From Mycobacterium sp. (GTDB lineage Bacteria > Actinomycetota > Actinomycetes > Mycobacteriales > Mycobacteriaceae), in assembly GCF_036488105.1 (NCBI RefSeq), contig NZ_DASXHW010000390.1:2464-66463 (forward strand): a stretch of DNA of 64,000 nucleotides. Direction: 5' to 3'. A model generated the notes under the pieces. It was given only the letters and a program-made list of their open reading frames with translations, did no database searches and was not told the DNA's origin. The translations under genes were made by a program, and so were the position numbers. Positions 9,469 through 21,813 of this stretch are shown piece after piece; positions within the stretch are counted from its first letter, which is position 1, and each line of letters begins with the position of its first letter.

Positions 9469-10422
9469 GTGTCCGGGCTGGCCTTCACCACACTTGCGGT
9501 GATGCTGGTGGGCCCGGTGCCCGCACTGCTGGCTCGTGCGACGTGGCCGCTGCGGGCCCCCCGCGCAGCGATGGTGCTTTGGCAGGCGATTGCCGTTGCC
9601 GCGGTCTTGTCGGCATTCAGCGCCGGCATCGCGATCGCCAGCCGGTTGTTCGTCCCGGGAGCGGACGGGCGGCCGACCGCGAGCCCGGCCGCCGAAATCG
9701 GTCGGCTCGGCTGGCCGTTGTGGCTCCTGGACGTCGGGGTCTTCGCGCTCACGCTGCTGATCGGCGCGCGGCTGACGGTGGCCGTCATACGGGTCGCCGT
9801 CTCGACGCGTCGACGGCGTGCCCATCACCGCATGCTGGTTGACCTGCTAGGCATGTCGTCGGATGCGGTTTCCGCGCGGGCTTGCGCGCGAGGCCGTGAC
9901 CTGCGCGTGCTGGAGGTGGCGCAGCCGCTGGCTTACTGCCTGCCCGGCGGCCGCGGCCGTGTGGTGGTCAGCGAAGGAACGCTGGACTCGCTCGCCGAGG
10001 CCGAGGTGGCCGCGATCCTGAGCCACGAGCGCGCTCACCTGCGCGCCCGCCACGATCTGGTGCTCGAGGCATTCACCGCCGCGCACGCCGCGTTCCCCCG
10101 ATTCGTCCGCAGCGCAAGCGCTTTGGACGCGGTGCAGCTGCTGGCCGAGCTGCTGGCCGACGACGCTGCGGTCCGGGCAGCCGGCCGTGCTCCCCTGGCC
10201 CGCGCGCTGGTGACCTGCGCGTCGGGCCGCACCCCGGCAGGCGCACTGGCCGCCGGCGGTACACAGACCCTGTTGCGGGTACGACGCCTGTCCGGCAGCG
10301 GCAACAGTCTGTGGGTGTCGACGGCCGCCTACCTCGCTGCCGCTGCGGTGCTGGTCGTGCCCACCGTGGCGCTGGCTATCCCCTGGCTCACCGAACTGCA
10401 CCGGCTGTTCACCGCGGCCTAA
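9469..10422 (+). CDS. blaR: M56-family membrane metallopeptidase BlaR (Rv1845c)
   Basis: TM helices, AYCLPG, HERAH zinc motif, ELLADDAA. Confidence 0.9.
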   Translation: MSGLAFTTLAVMLVGPVPALLARATWPLRAPRAAMVLWQAIAVAAVLSAFSAGIAIASRLFVPGADGRPTASPAAEIGRLGWPLWLLDVGVFALTLLIGARLTVAVIRVAVSTRRRRAHHRMLVDLLGMSSDAVSARACARGRDLRVLEVAQPLAYCLPGGRGRVVVSEGTLDSLAEAEVAAILSHERAHLRARHDLVLEAFTAAHAAFPRFVRSASALDAVQLLAELLADDAAVRAAGRAPLARALVTCASGRTPAGALAAGGTQTLLRVRRLSGSGNSLWVSTAAYLAAAAVLVVPTVALAIPWLTELHRLFTAA

Positions 10423-10539
10423 CCCGGCAACCGGGCAATCACCTCGCATTGGCGATACTTTGCAGATACCTCAATCCCGCTGTGCCACAGTGTTCGGAGC
10501 GGGGCGTTGGATGGCAGTCACCAAACGAGAGGCGCACAC

Positions 10540-11997
10540 ATGAGCTCGTCGGAATCAAATACCGGGACTGCGCAGATCGGCGTCACCGGCCTGGCAGTGA
10601 TGGGCTCGAACCTCGCCCGCAACTTCGCCCACCACGGCTACACCGTGGCGCTGCACAACCGATCGATCGCCAAGACCGACGCGCTACTCAAAGAGCATGG
10701 CGAAGAAGGCAAATTCGTCAGGTCGGAGACCATCGAGGAATTCCTGGACGCGTTGGAGAAGCCGCGGCGAGTGATCATCATGGTCAAGGCCGGTGACCCG
10801 ACCGACGCCGTCATCAACGAGCTCGCCGACGCGATGGAAGACGGTGACATCATCATCGACGGTGGCAACGCGCTCTACACCGACACGATCCGCCGCGAAA
10901 AGGCCATCCGTGAACGCGGCCTGCACTTCGTCGGCGCGGGCATCTCCGGCGGCGAGGAGGGCGCACTGAACGGCCCGTCGATCATGCCCGGCGGCCCGGC
11001 CGAGTCGTACACGTCGCTGGGCCCACTGCTCGAGGAGATCTCGGCGCATGTCGACGGCGTGCCGTGCTGCACCCACGTCGGCCCCGACGGCGCCGGTCAC
11101 TTCGTCAAAATGGTGCACAACGGCATCGAGTACTCCGACATGCAGCTGATCGGCGAGGCCTACCAGCTGCTGCGCGACGGTCTCGGCAAGACCGCACCCG
11201 AGATCGCGGACGTCTTCGCCGAGTGGAACAAGGGCGATCTGGACAGCTTCCTCATCGAGATCACCGCGCAGGTCTTGCGTCAGACCGACGCCAAGACCGG
11301 CAAGCCGCTGGTCGACGTCGTCCTCGATGAGGCCGAGCAGAAGGGCACCGGCCGCTGGACGGTGAAGTCCGCGCTCGACCTCGGCGTGCCCGTGACCGGC
11401 ATCGCAGAAGCGGTCTTCGCCCGCGCCCTGTCGGGATCGGTGGCCCAGCGCAAGGCCACCACCGGACTGGCATCAGGCGACCTCGGCGAGAAGCCAACGG
11501 ACGCTGCGCAGTTCATCGACGACGTCAGCAAGGCCTTATACGCCTCCAAGATCATCGCCTATGCCCAGGGCTTCAATCAGATTCAGGCCGGCAGCGCCGA
11601 ATACGACTGGGGCATCAAGCCCGGTGACATGGCCACCATTTGGCGCGGCGGCTGCATCATCAGGGCCAAATTCCTCAACCGGATCAAGGAGGCCTTCGAC
11701 GACGACGCCGATCTGCCGTCGCTCATCGTGGCGCCGTACTTCCGCACCGCCATCGAGGAAGCCATCGACAGCTGGCGACGCGTCGTGGTGAAGGCCACCG
11801 AACTCGGCATCCCGATCCCCGGGTTCTCCTCGGCGCTGTCGTACTACGACGCGCTACGCACCGAGCGACTGCCCGCCGCGCTCACCCAGGGTCTGCGGGA
11901 TTTCTTCGGAGCGCATACCTACGGCCGCATCGACGACGATCCCGACAAACGCTTCCACACCCTCTGGAGCGGCGACCGCAGCGAAGTCCCCGCCTAG
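10540..11997 (+). CDS. gnd1: NADP-dependent 6-phosphogluconate dehydrogenase
   Basis: GVTGLAVMGSN, DGGN, SGGEEGA, VKMVHNGIEY, QKGTGRWT, RDFFGAHTY. Confidence 0.97.
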   Translation: MSSSESNTGTAQIGVTGLAVMGSNLARNFAHHGYTVALHNRSIAKTDALLKEHGEEGKFVRSETIEEFLDALEKPRRVIIMVKAGDPTDAVINELADAMEDGDIIIDGGNALYTDTIRREKAIRERGLHFVGAGISGGEEGALNGPSIMPGGPAESYTSLGPLLEEISAHVDGVPCCTHVGPDGAGHFVKMVHNGIEYSDMQLIGEAYQLLRDGLGKTAPEIADVFAEWNKGDLDSFLIEITAQVLRQTDAKTGKPLVDVVLDEAEQKGTGRWTVKSALDLGVPVTGIAEAVFARALSGSVAQRKATTGLASGDLGEKPTDAAQFIDDVSKALYASKIIAYAQGFNQIQAGSAEYDWGIKPGDMATIWRGGCIIRAKFLNRIKEAFDDDADLPSLIVAPYFRTAIEEAIDSWRRVVVKATELGIPIPGFSSALSYYDALRTERLPAALTQGLRDFFGAHTYGRIDDDPDKRFHTLWSGDRSEVPA

Positions 11998-12024
11998 CCC
12001 CGGTCACCGGGACAAGGGGGATAA

Positions 12025-13470
<1,446 letters not shown>

Positions 13471-13581
13471 ACCACAACGGTTGACAGGCGTGTCGACGCG
13501 GCAACGCGTGCTCGGGCGCGTCGCGCCTTCGCTACCATCAAAGGTCACATCATCCGTGGTTACGTAGAAGGAAGGGTTCCC

Positions 13582-13659
13582 GTGCCGCAGGCACTCGCGC
13601 CGTCCGGCGTGTGTGACGCCGACGCTGAGGAGCCTCCTTCGCGTAGGTGGCTTCGATGA
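13582..13659 (+). CDS. Putative 25-aa leader peptide [25 protein letters not shown]
   Basis: AGAAGGAAGG RBS, GTG start, and a stop that overlaps the next gene's start (ATGA at 13656-13659). Confidence 0.5.
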   Translation: MPQALAPSGVCDADAEEPPSRRWLR

Positions 13660-15020
13660 ATCTCGTCGTCACCCTGCTCAGCCTGGTGGCCATCGTGATC
13701 CTCACCGCGGGCAACGCGCTGTTCACCGCCGCCGAGTTCTCCCTGACCACACTCGAGCGCAGCACCGTCGAGGCCAACGCCCGCGACGGTCGCCGGCGCG
13801 ATCGCTTCGTGCGCCGCGCCCACCACACCCTGTCGCTCCAGCTGTCCGGCGCACAGCTGGGCATCTCGATCACCACGCTGGTCACCGGATACCTCACCCA
13901 ACCGCTCGTCGCGGAGCTACCGCACCCCGCCATGGATGCGCTCGGGATACCCAACCGGATCGCCGACGGGGTCATCACCTTTGTGACCCTGCTGGTCGTC
14001 ACGTCGGTGTCGATGATCTTCGGTGAGCTGGTGCCGAAGAATCTTGCCGTGGCGCGGCCACTGCAGACCGCCCGCGCCGTTGCCGGGTTGCAGTTGCTGT
14101 TCTCCTGGTTGATGACGTGGCCGATTCGGGTGACCAACGGTGCGGCCAACTGGGTTCTGCGCAAGCTCGGTATCGAGCCCGCTCAAGAACTGCGGTCGGC
14201 TCGTTCGGCGCAGGAACTGGTGTCGCTGGTGCGTAATTCGGCTCGCAGCGGCTCGCTGGACCCCGCCACCGCGGCACTGCTGGACCGGTCGCTGCAATTC
14301 GGTGACCTGACCGCCGAGGAGTTGATGACTCCGCGGTCGAAAATCGTTGCACTGCAAGTTGATAACACCGTCGCCGATCTGGTGGAAGCCGCCGCCGAGA
14401 GCGGCTTCTCGCGGTTTCCGGTCGTCGACGGTGACCTCGACGAGACCGTCGGCATCGTGCACGTCAAGCAGGTCTTCGGAGTGCCGGCCGCCGAGCGTGA
14501 GTTCACGCTGGTCACTGCCGTCGCGCAGCCGGTTGCCAAGGTGCCCTCCACGCTCGACGGCGATGCGCTGATGGGACAGATTCGCGCCAATGACTTGCAG
14601 ACCGCGATGGTCGTCGATGAGTACGGCGGTACCGCGGGCATGGTGACCGTCGAGGATCTGATCGAAGAGATCGTCGGCGACGTCCGCGACGAACACGATG
14701 ACGCCGCACAGGATGTCGTGGCAGTCGGCAACGGTTGGCGGGTGTCCGGTCTGCTGCGCATCGACGAGGTGGCCACCGCGACCGGCTACCACGCCCCCGA
14801 GGGCGAATACGAGACGATCGGCGGGCTGGTCATGCAACAGTTGGGCCGCATTCCTGCCATCGGCGACGAGGTTCAGCTGAGTGGATACGAGCACGACGGC
14901 GTCCGGTATACCTCCGCTTGGCGGGCCAGAGTCGTTCGGATGGACGGCCGCCGCATCGACCTGCTCGAGCTGACCCAGTTGTCCGATCACGCCGATTCCG
15001 CCGCCGTGCGAGGTCGATGA
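13656..15020 (+). CDS. CNNM/DUF21-CBS-CorC 'hemolysin family' transporter (Rv1842c-like)
   Basis: [51 protein letters not shown]-terminal CorC domain. Confidence 0.92.
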   Translation: MNLVVTLLSLVAIVILTAGNALFTAAEFSLTTLERSTVEANARDGRRRDRFVRRAHHTLSLQLSGAQLGISITTLVTGYLTQPLVAELPHPAMDALGIPNRIADGVITFVTLLVVTSVSMIFGELVPKNLAVARPLQTARAVAGLQLLFSWLMTWPIRVTNGAANWVLRKLGIEPAQELRSARSAQELVSLVRNSARSGSLDPATAALLDRSLQFGDLTAEELMTPRSKIVALQVDNTVADLVEAAAESGFSRFPVVDGDLDETVGIVHVKQVFGVPAAEREFTLVTAVAQPVAKVPSTLDGDALMGQIRANDLQTAMVVDEYGGTAGMVTVEDLIEEIVGDVRDEHDDAAQDVVAVGNGWRVSGLLRIDEVATATGYHAPEGEYETIGGLVMQQLGRIPAIGDEVQLSGYEHDGVRYTSAWRARVVRMDGRRIDLLELTQLSDHADSAAVRGR

Positions 15021-16072
15021 TGGGTGACCTGCTCGAGCTGTTGGCGACCATCCTGTTGGTGGGCGCGAACGCGTTTTTCGTGGCAGCAGAGTTCTCGCTG
15101 ATCTCCGCGCGACGGGATCGCTTGGAGGCGTTGGCCGAACAGGGCAGGTCAAGTGCGGTCACCGCGCTGCGGGCCGGCGAGCAGCTTCCGCTGATGTTCG
15201 CCGGGGCCCAATTGGGCATCACCATCGCGTCGCTGATGTTGGGCCGACTCGGCGAGCCCGCGGTCGCCGACCTGCTGCAGCGGCCATTCGATTTGGTCGG
15301 CGTCTCGCCGACGGTGCTGCACACCGTGTCGCTGATGGTGGCGCTGGCGATCGTGGTGACGCTGCACGTCCTGCTCGGCGAGATGGTCCCGAAGAACATC
15401 GCGATCGCCGGCCCGGAAAAGGTGGCGATGCTGCTGATTCCGGCCTATTTGGCCTACGTGCGGACCGTTCGGCCGATCTTGAATTTCTACAACTGGTGCA
15501 CCGGTGTGACCTTGCGCGCGCTGCGGGTCCAGCCCCGAGACGAGCTCGAGGTCGCGGTGTCCACGGTCGAGCTGAGCGAGATGATCGCCGAGTCGGTGTC
15601 GGAAGGCCTGCTGGATCCCGAGGAGCACACCAGGCTCACCCGGGCGCTGCAAATCCGCAACCGCACGGTCGCCGACGTGGCCGTCCCGGTCGCCGAGATC
15701 CAGGCGGTGCCGGTGGCCGCCGCCGGCTCTGGGCCGACAGTCGGGATCGTCGAAAAGGCTTTGGCCGCAACCGGCTACTCGCGATTCCCGGTGGTCGGCA
15801 TCGATCACGGATTCGTTGGCTACCTGCACATCAAGGACGTGCTGTCGTTGGCCGGCGACCCGCACGCCGTGATCGACCTGGCCAGCGTCCGGCCGCTGCC
15901 GAGGGTATCCCAATCGCTGACGGTGCCCGAGGCGCTGTCGCGGATGCGGCGCAGCAACAGTCACCTCGCGCTGGTCACCGGTCAAGACGGAGCCGTGGTG
16001 GCCATGGTGGCACTGGAGGACTTGGTGCGGGACCTGGTCGGCCTGGTGCGCGACGGGACGCAGCGTGTCTGA
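15017..16072 (+). CDS. Second CNNM-CBS protein (Rv1841c-like)
   Basis: [25 protein letters not shown]; ATGA overlap with the previous gene. Confidence 0.9.
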   Translation: MMGDLLELLATILLVGANAFFVAAEFSLISARRDRLEALAEQGRSSAVTALRAGEQLPLMFAGAQLGITIASLMLGRLGEPAVADLLQRPFDLVGVSPTVLHTVSLMVALAIVVTLHVLLGEMVPKNIAIAGPEKVAMLLIPAYLAYVRTVRPILNFYNWCTGVTLRALRVQPRDELEVAVSTVELSEMIAESVSEGLLDPEEHTRLTRALQIRNRTVADVAVPVAEIQAVPVAAAGSGPTVGIVEKALAATGYSRFPVVGIDHGFVGYLHIKDVLSLAGDPHAVIDLASVRPLPRVSQSLTVPEALSRMRRSNSHLALVTGQDGAVVAMVALEDLVRDLVGLVRDGTQRV

Positions 16073-16958
16073 TGTCGCCCGGCGGTTGGATGCCGAGCAG
16101 TGGACCGCCCGCGCCGACGAATATGCCTCACGCGTCGAAAGATTCGTGGCCCCGCACGCCAGGCGGGCGCAGATTGGCGAGCCGCACCCGGTCTGGGACT
16201 TCCTGTTCAGCTACTACAGCCTTCGACCTAGGCAACTGCGGTGCTGGCATCCCGGCTATGGCGTGGTGCTGACTGGCGGCGAAGCGATCCGTCGATACCG
16301 AAACCGCAGGGGCTACACCGTCGACCTCTCTGGTGTCGGCGTGAGCGAGGACTACCTGCGCAGCCGGGTGGAGACCATTTCGTTCGTGGCCGATCTGCTG
16401 CGTGAAACCGCGCGCCGGCCGGCCCAGCTGAACTGCTTTGGACTGCATGAATGGGCGATGGTCTACCGCAGCGGAGAGGTACGCCACGACCGTGTCCCGC
16501 TGCGGCTGGGCGCCGCGGGCACCGACACCGTGATCGAGGCCGAGGTCGCCGGCCCATTGCGGTGCAGCCACTTCGACGCGTTCCGCTTCTTCGCCCGCGA
16601 AGCCGTGCCACGCAACGCGGGCTCGCCCAGCCGGGCCACGCAACAGGATTGGGAGCAGCCCGGTTGCCTGCACGCGAACATGGATCTGTACAAGTGGTCG
16701 TACAAGTTGAGCCCGCTGATCGACTCCGAGACGCTGCTCGACTGCCTGGAACTGGCCGCGGCTGCGCGTGAGATCGACATGCGAGCCAGCCCGTATGACC
16801 TGAGCGACTACGGGTATACGCCTATCACGGTCGAGGACGCGGCGGGCCGTGCCGAATATGTGCGTTGCCAGAAGGCCATCGCCACACGTGCTGAGCCGTT
16901 GCGGGCAGCGCTGCTGGCACGGTGTGACCTGCTGCTGCAGGCCGCCGGTTGCCGGTAG
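16065..16958 (+). CDS. Conserved actinobacterial protein (often labelled '3-methyladenine DNA glycosylase')
   Basis: HPVWDFLFSYY, CFGLHEWAMVY, CSHFDAFRFF, QPGCLHANMDLYKW, DMRASPYD. Confidence 0.7.
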   Translation: MSDVARRLDAEQWTARADEYASRVERFVAPHARRAQIGEPHPVWDFLFSYYSLRPRQLRCWHPGYGVVLTGGEAIRRYRNRRGYTVDLSGVGVSEDYLRSRVETISFVADLLRETARRPAQLNCFGLHEWAMVYRSGEVRHDRVPLRLGAAGTDTVIEAEVAGPLRCSHFDAFRFFAREAVPRNAGSPSRATQQDWEQPGCLHANMDLYKWSYKLSPLIDSETLLDCLELAAAAREIDMRASPYDLSDYGYTPITVEDAAGRAEYVRCQKAIATRAEPLRAALLARCDLLLQAAGCR

Positions 16959-17016
16959 ATGGGCCGCTGGCCGGTAGGCTGACATTTGATTTCGATAGCT
17001 AGGTGCGGAGGAAAAG

Positions 17017-19215
17017 ATGACGGATCGCGTGTCGGTGGGGAACCTGCGCGTCGCTCAAGCGCTGTACGACTTTGTCAACACCGAGGCTTTGCCCGGCACC
17101 GACATCGACCCCGACAGCTTCTGGGCGGGCGTCGACAAGGTGGTCACCGACCTGCAGCCACAGAACCAGGACCTGCTGGCGCGCCGCGATCAGCTGCAGG
17201 CTCAGATCGACAAGTGGCATCGCCAGCACGTCATCGAGCCGCTTGACCCCGAGGCGTACCGCCAGTTCCTCACCGAGATCGGTTACCTGCAGCTAGAACC
17301 CGATGATTTCACCATCACCACCGCGGGTGTCGACGACGAGATCACCACGACGGCCGGCCCGCAGCTGGTGGTGCCCGTCCTCAACGCGCGGTTTGCGCTG
17401 AACGCTGCCAACGCCCGCTGGGGCTCGCTGTACGACGCGCTGTACGGGACCGATGTGATCCCGGAGAGCGACGGCGCCGAAAAAGGCACCAGCTACAACC
17501 GGGTCCGCGGCGACAAGGTGATCGCCTACGCGCGCAAGTTCCTCGACGAGGCGGTTCCGCTGGTGTCGGGCTCGTGGACCGGTGTGACGGGACTCAGTGT
17601 CGAGGATGGCCAGCTGCAGATCGCGACCGCCGAGGGTTCGGTCGGCCTGGCCAGCCCGGAGAAGTTCATCGGCTACACCGGCGAGCTCGGCTCCCCCGAC
17701 TGGTCGGTGCTGCTGGTCAACCACGGGCTGCACATCGAGATCCTGGTCGACCCGCAATCGCCGATCGGCAAGACCGACGCCGCCGGCATCAAGGACGTCG
17801 TGCTGGAGTCGGCGATCACCACGATCATGGACTTCGAGGACTCGGTGGCCGCGGTTGATGCCGACGACAAGGTGCTGGGCTACCGCAACTGGCTCGGGCT
17901 CAACAAGGGTGACCTGTCCGAGGACGTCAACAAGCACGGCAAGACCTTCACCCGCGTGCTCAACCAGGACCGCACCTACAAGACGCCCGACGGCGGCGAG
18001 CTGACCCTGCCCGGTCGCAGCTTGCTGTTCGTCCGCAACGTCGGCCACCTGATGACCAACGACGCCATCGTCGTGAGCGACGGCAACGGCGCGGAAAACG
18101 AAGTGTTCGAAGGCATCCAGGATGCGCTGTTCACCGGTCTGACCGCGATTCACGGCCTGAAGACCGGCGACGGCAACGGCCCGCTGACCAACAGCCGCAC
18201 CGGGTCGATCTATATCGTCAAGCCCAAGATGCACGGGCCGGACGAGGTCGCCTTCACCTGCGAGCTCTTCAGCCGCGTCGAGGACGTCCTCGGCTTGCCG
18301 CAGGGCACGCTCAAGGTCGGCATCATGGACGAGGAGCGCCGCACCACGGTCAACCTCAAGGCGTGCATCAAAGCCGCCGCGGACCGTGTCGTATTCATCA
18401 ACACCGGTTTCCTGGACCGCACCGGCGACGAGATCCACACCTCGATGGAGGCGGGTCCGATGATCCGCAAGGGTGCGATGAAGAGCACCACCTGGATCAA
18501 GGCCTACGAGGACAACAACGTCGACACCGGGCTCGCCGCCGGTTTCAAGGGCCGAGCGCAGATCGGCAAGGGCATGTGGGCGATGACCGAGCTGATGGCC
18601 GACATGATGGAGCAGAAGATCGGCCAGCCGAAGGCCGGCGCCACCACCGCGTGGGTGCCCTCGCCGACGGCGGCCACGCTGCACGCCATGCACTACCACT
18701 ACGTGGATGTGGCTGCCGTGCAGGAAGAGCTCCAAGGCAAGAAGCGAGCCACCATCGACGAGCTGCTGACGGTCCCGCTGGCCAAGGAACTGGCCTGGGC
18801 GTCCGAGGAGATTCGGGAAGAGGTCGACAACAACTGCCAGTCGATCCTTGGTTACGTGGTTCGCTGGATTGACGCGGGTGTCGGCTGCTCGAAGGTGCCC
18901 GACATCCACAACGTCGCGTTGATGGAAGACCGTGCCACGCTGCGGATTTCCAGCCAATTGTTGGCCAACTGGCTGCGGCATGGCGTCATCACTGAAGAGG
19001 ATGTGCGCGCTAGCCTGGAACGGATGGCTCCGCTGGTGGACGAGCAGAACGCCGGTGAGTCTGGGTACCTGCCGATGGCTCCCAACTTCGACGACAGCAT
19101 CGCCTTCCTGGCCGCCCAAGAGCTGATCCTGGAGGGCGCTCAGCAGCCCAGCGGTTACACCGAGCCGATTCTGCATCGGCGCCGGCGCGAGTTTAAGGCC
19201 CGCGCCCATGAGTGA
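17017..19215 (+). CDS. glcB: Malate synthase G
   Basis: [54 protein letters not shown]. Confidence 0.97.
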   Translation: MTDRVSVGNLRVAQALYDFVNTEALPGTDIDPDSFWAGVDKVVTDLQPQNQDLLARRDQLQAQIDKWHRQHVIEPLDPEAYRQFLTEIGYLQLEPDDFTITTAGVDDEITTTAGPQLVVPVLNARFALNAANARWGSLYDALYGTDVIPESDGAEKGTSYNRVRGDKVIAYARKFLDEAVPLVSGSWTGVTGLSVEDGQLQIATAEGSVGLASPEKFIGYTGELGSPDWSVLLVNHGLHIEILVDPQSPIGKTDAAGIKDVVLESAITTIMDFEDSVAAVDADDKVLGYRNWLGLNKGDLSEDVNKHGKTFTRVLNQDRTYKTPDGGELTLPGRSLLFVRNVGHLMTNDAIVVSDGNGAENEVFEGIQDALFTGLTAIHGLKTGDGNGPLTNSRTGSIYIVKPKMHGPDEVAFTCELFSRVEDVLGLPQGTLKVGIMDEERRTTVNLKACIKAAADRVVFINTGFLDRTGDEIHTSMEAGPMIRKGAMKSTTWIKAYEDNNVDTGLAAGFKGRAQIGKGMWAMTELMADMMEQKIGQPKAGATTAWVPSPTAATLHAMHYHYVDVAAVQEELQGKKRATIDELLTVPLAKELAWASEEIREEVDNNCQSILGYVVRWIDAGVGCSKVPDIHNVALMEDRATLRISSQLLANWLRHGVITEEDVRASLERMAPLVDEQNAGESGYLPMAPNFDDSIAFLAAQELILEGAQQPSGYTEPILHRRRREFKARAHE

Positions 19216-19291
19216 CGTCTGTCCGCGGGAGTATCGACTAGCCCGATGACTAGAGGTTGCAGGCAGCTCCGGCGCCCAGGAGAGGACCGGC

Positions 19292-21415
19292 ATGGGTAGG
19301 CACAGAGCCCCCGATGACGACGAGCCGCCCGGCGAACCGTCGGATGACCATCCCGGGCCCGAAGACTTCGGCGACGCCGGCGGCTATCACGAACCCGGGA
19401 ATTTCCCGGCGGACGAACCTGCTCACACCGATTCCTTCTCGGCGCCGCGTTATCCGGATCGGCCGCCAGAGGAGTTTCACGACGACTTTGACGACCACCG
19501 GGGGTTTTTCGACTTCGACGAGCCCGCTGACGATCACCGCGATGACTTCGCCCGCCCGCAGCCCGAGCGGGAGCTGCCCCCTGCCGACGTCGATCCGCCG
19601 GACGACTTCCCCGGCTTTCCGCGACGCGACCAAGGGCCGCCGACTCCACCCCCGCCGTCTCAAACCGGCGGCCATCGAGGGCTGCCCGGGTTTGGTGGCG
19701 GTCATCGCAACGAGGCCGGCCGGCGCGGCGTCAGCATCGGGGTGATCGCCGCTCTGATCACTGTCGTCGTCGTGGTCGGGGTGGTGATCCTGTGGCGTTT
19801 CTTCGGCGATGCGCTGTCCAACCGCTCGCACAGCGCGCGATGCGTCGGCGAAAAACAACCCGTCGCCGTCATTGCCGATCCGTCGATCGGCAACCAGGTG
19901 CAGCATCTCGCCGAGCGGTTCAACTCCATTGCCGCACCGGTCGGCGACCACTGCGTGTCCGTCGGCGTCAAATCCGCCGGCTCCGACGCCGTCGTCGACG
20001 GCTTCCTCGGTAAATGGCCGGCAGAGCTGGGTCAACGACCGGCGCTGTGGATTCCCGGCAGCTCGGTATCGGCCGCGCGGCTCACCGCCGCGGCGGGCAA
20101 GGAGACGGTCACCGACAGCCGGTCGCTGGTCACCTCGCCGGTGGTGCTCGCGGTACGACCTGAACTCCAACGAGCACTCGGCGACCAGAAGTGGGCGACG
20201 CTGCCCGATCTGCAGACCAAGCCGGATTCGTTGGCGGGACTGAAGCTGCCGGCGTGGGGTTCGCTGCGTCTGGCCCTGCCGCTCGCCGGCAACAGCGACG
20301 CCGCATACCTCGCCGGCGAGGCGGTAGCGGCGGCATCCGTGCCGCAAGGTGCGCCACCGACCGACGGTAGCGGCGCGGTGCGCATGCTGATCGGCGGTCA
20401 GCCCAAGCTCGCCGACAACTCACTGGACGAGGCGATGAAGGCGCTGCTGAAGTCCGGTGACGCGGCGACTGCGCCGGTGCATGCGGTGGTCACGACCGAA
20501 CAGCAGCTGTTCGCCCGCGGCCAGACGTTGCCCGACGCCGGCAGCGCGCTGAGGTCGTGGCTTCCGCCGGGCCCGGCCGCGGTCGCCGACTACCCCACCG
20601 TGCTGCTCAGCGGGTCGTGGCTGTCGCAGGAGCAGGTGACGGCGGCCAGCGAGTTCGCCCGCTTCATGCACAAACCAGACCAATTGGCCGAGCTGGCCAA
20701 AGCCGGCTTCCGCGCCGAGGGCAACAAGTCACCGAAGAGCGACGTCACCAGCTTCCCCGCGCTGCCGTCGACGCTGTCGGTCGGTGACGACGGCACCCGC
20801 GCGGCCCTGGCCAACGTGGTGTCCGCGCCGGCGAGCGCACCGGCGGCGATCATCATGCTCGAGCAGTCAATGATCACCGCGGAGGGCGACAAGACCCGGC
20901 TGGGCAATGTCGTCAGTGCGCTCGAGGACCGCATCAAGTCACTGTCGCCGAGTGCCGTGATCGGGCTCTGGACCTTCGACGGCAAGGAAGGTCGCTCGGA
21001 GGTGTCGGCAGGCCCGCTGACCGATCAGGTCGACGGCCGGCCGCGCTCGGAGGCGCTGACGGCGGCACTGGATCGACAGCACGCCTCGTCAGGCGGGGCG
21101 GTGTCGTTCACCACGCTGCGGCTGATCTACCAGAACGCGCTGGCCAATTTCCATGCCGGACAGACGAATTCAGTGCTCGTGATCACGGCCGGTCCCCACA
21201 CCGATCAGAGTCTCGACGGCGAGGGCCTGCAACAATTCATCAAGCAGAGCGCCGACCCGGCCAAGCCTGTCGCGGTCAACGTGATCGACTTCGGGTCCGA
21301 CTCCGACCGGGCGACCTGGGAGGCTGTCGCGAAGCTCTCCGGCGGCAGCTACCAGAACCTCGCTACCTCGGCATCGCCGGACCTGGCCACCGCGGTAGCC
21401 AAGTTCCTGAGCTGA
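19292..21415 (+). CDS. Membrane protein with substrate-binding and VWA domains (Rv1836c-like)
   Basis: Acidic Pro-rich N-terminus, one TM helix, SBP-like region (PALWIPGSS, SPVVLA), C-terminal VWA-like domain. Confidence 0.85.
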   Translation: MGRHRAPDDDEPPGEPSDDHPGPEDFGDAGGYHEPGNFPADEPAHTDSFSAPRYPDRPPEEFHDDFDDHRGFFDFDEPADDHRDDFARPQPERELPPADVDPPDDFPGFPRRDQGPPTPPPPSQTGGHRGLPGFGGGHRNEAGRRGVSIGVIAALITVVVVVGVVILWRFFGDALSNRSHSARCVGEKQPVAVIADPSIGNQVQHLAERFNSIAAPVGDHCVSVGVKSAGSDAVVDGFLGKWPAELGQRPALWIPGSSVSAARLTAAAGKETVTDSRSLVTSPVVLAVRPELQRALGDQKWATLPDLQTKPDSLAGLKLPAWGSLRLALPLAGNSDAAYLAGEAVAAASVPQGAPPTDGSGAVRMLIGGQPKLADNSLDEAMKALLKSGDAATAPVHAVVTTEQQLFARGQTLPDAGSALRSWLPPGPAAVADYPTVLLSGSWLSQEQVTAASEFARFMHKPDQLAELAKAGFRAEGNKSPKSDVTSFPALPSTLSVGDDGTRAALANVVSAPASAPAAIIMLEQSMITAEGDKTRLGNVVSALEDRIKSLSPSAVIGLWTFDGKEGRSEVSAGPLTDQVDGRPRSEALTAALDRQHASSGGAVSFTTLRLIYQNALANFHAGQTNSVLVITAGPHTDQSLDGEGLQQFIKQSADPAKPVAVNVIDFGSDSDRATWEAVAKLSGGSYQNLATSASPDLATAVAKFLS

Positions 21416-21768
21416 CAAGCTCGACGCCGGCTGCATAGGCCGTATGTGATCCGCTGCGTCCCATTTGAGAGCCATCCTTCGGCGCCCAAAGTGTAGGGAA
21501 AACCTTATTGCTTAAGCGTCATATTTCGCACTGGATTACCTAAGCATTCGCTCAGGTACTTGTAAGCGGGCGCTGAGACGTAGTTCGCGCCGGGCCGCCC
21601 GATTGGACAGTAGCGCGGGCGACTGGGGTGCAGCCGCTGCGCAGTCGCTTAGAGCTAGTCCATTTGTCGGACAAAGTTCCTATAAGTCAGACAACCGCGA
21701 GTTTTATTGGGCACATGAGCAATATTTTGCTATTTTTATGCAAATTCTCAGGTAAGCTGCCGCCCAAC

Positions 21769-21784
21769 TGTGACATGCGTCACA
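21769..21784. promoter_or_regulatory. CRP (Rv3676) binding site
   Basis: TGTGA-catgcg-TCACA, a perfect consensus about 30 bp upstream of the 21814 start. Confidence 0.75.
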
Positions 21785-21813
21785 GACGGTGCTTTAAAAA
21801 GGAGATGCCCGCG

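Noticed and set aside
17293-19293. 666-aa antisense ORF (likewise 57038-58885, 13917-15152, 23633-24865 and many others)
   Set aside because: These are shadow frames opposite well-recognised genes, expected with high-GC codon bias, and they contain no motifs.
19292-19720. Low-complexity acidic repeats
   Set aside because: This is the ordinary disordered N-terminus of Rv1836c-family proteins.
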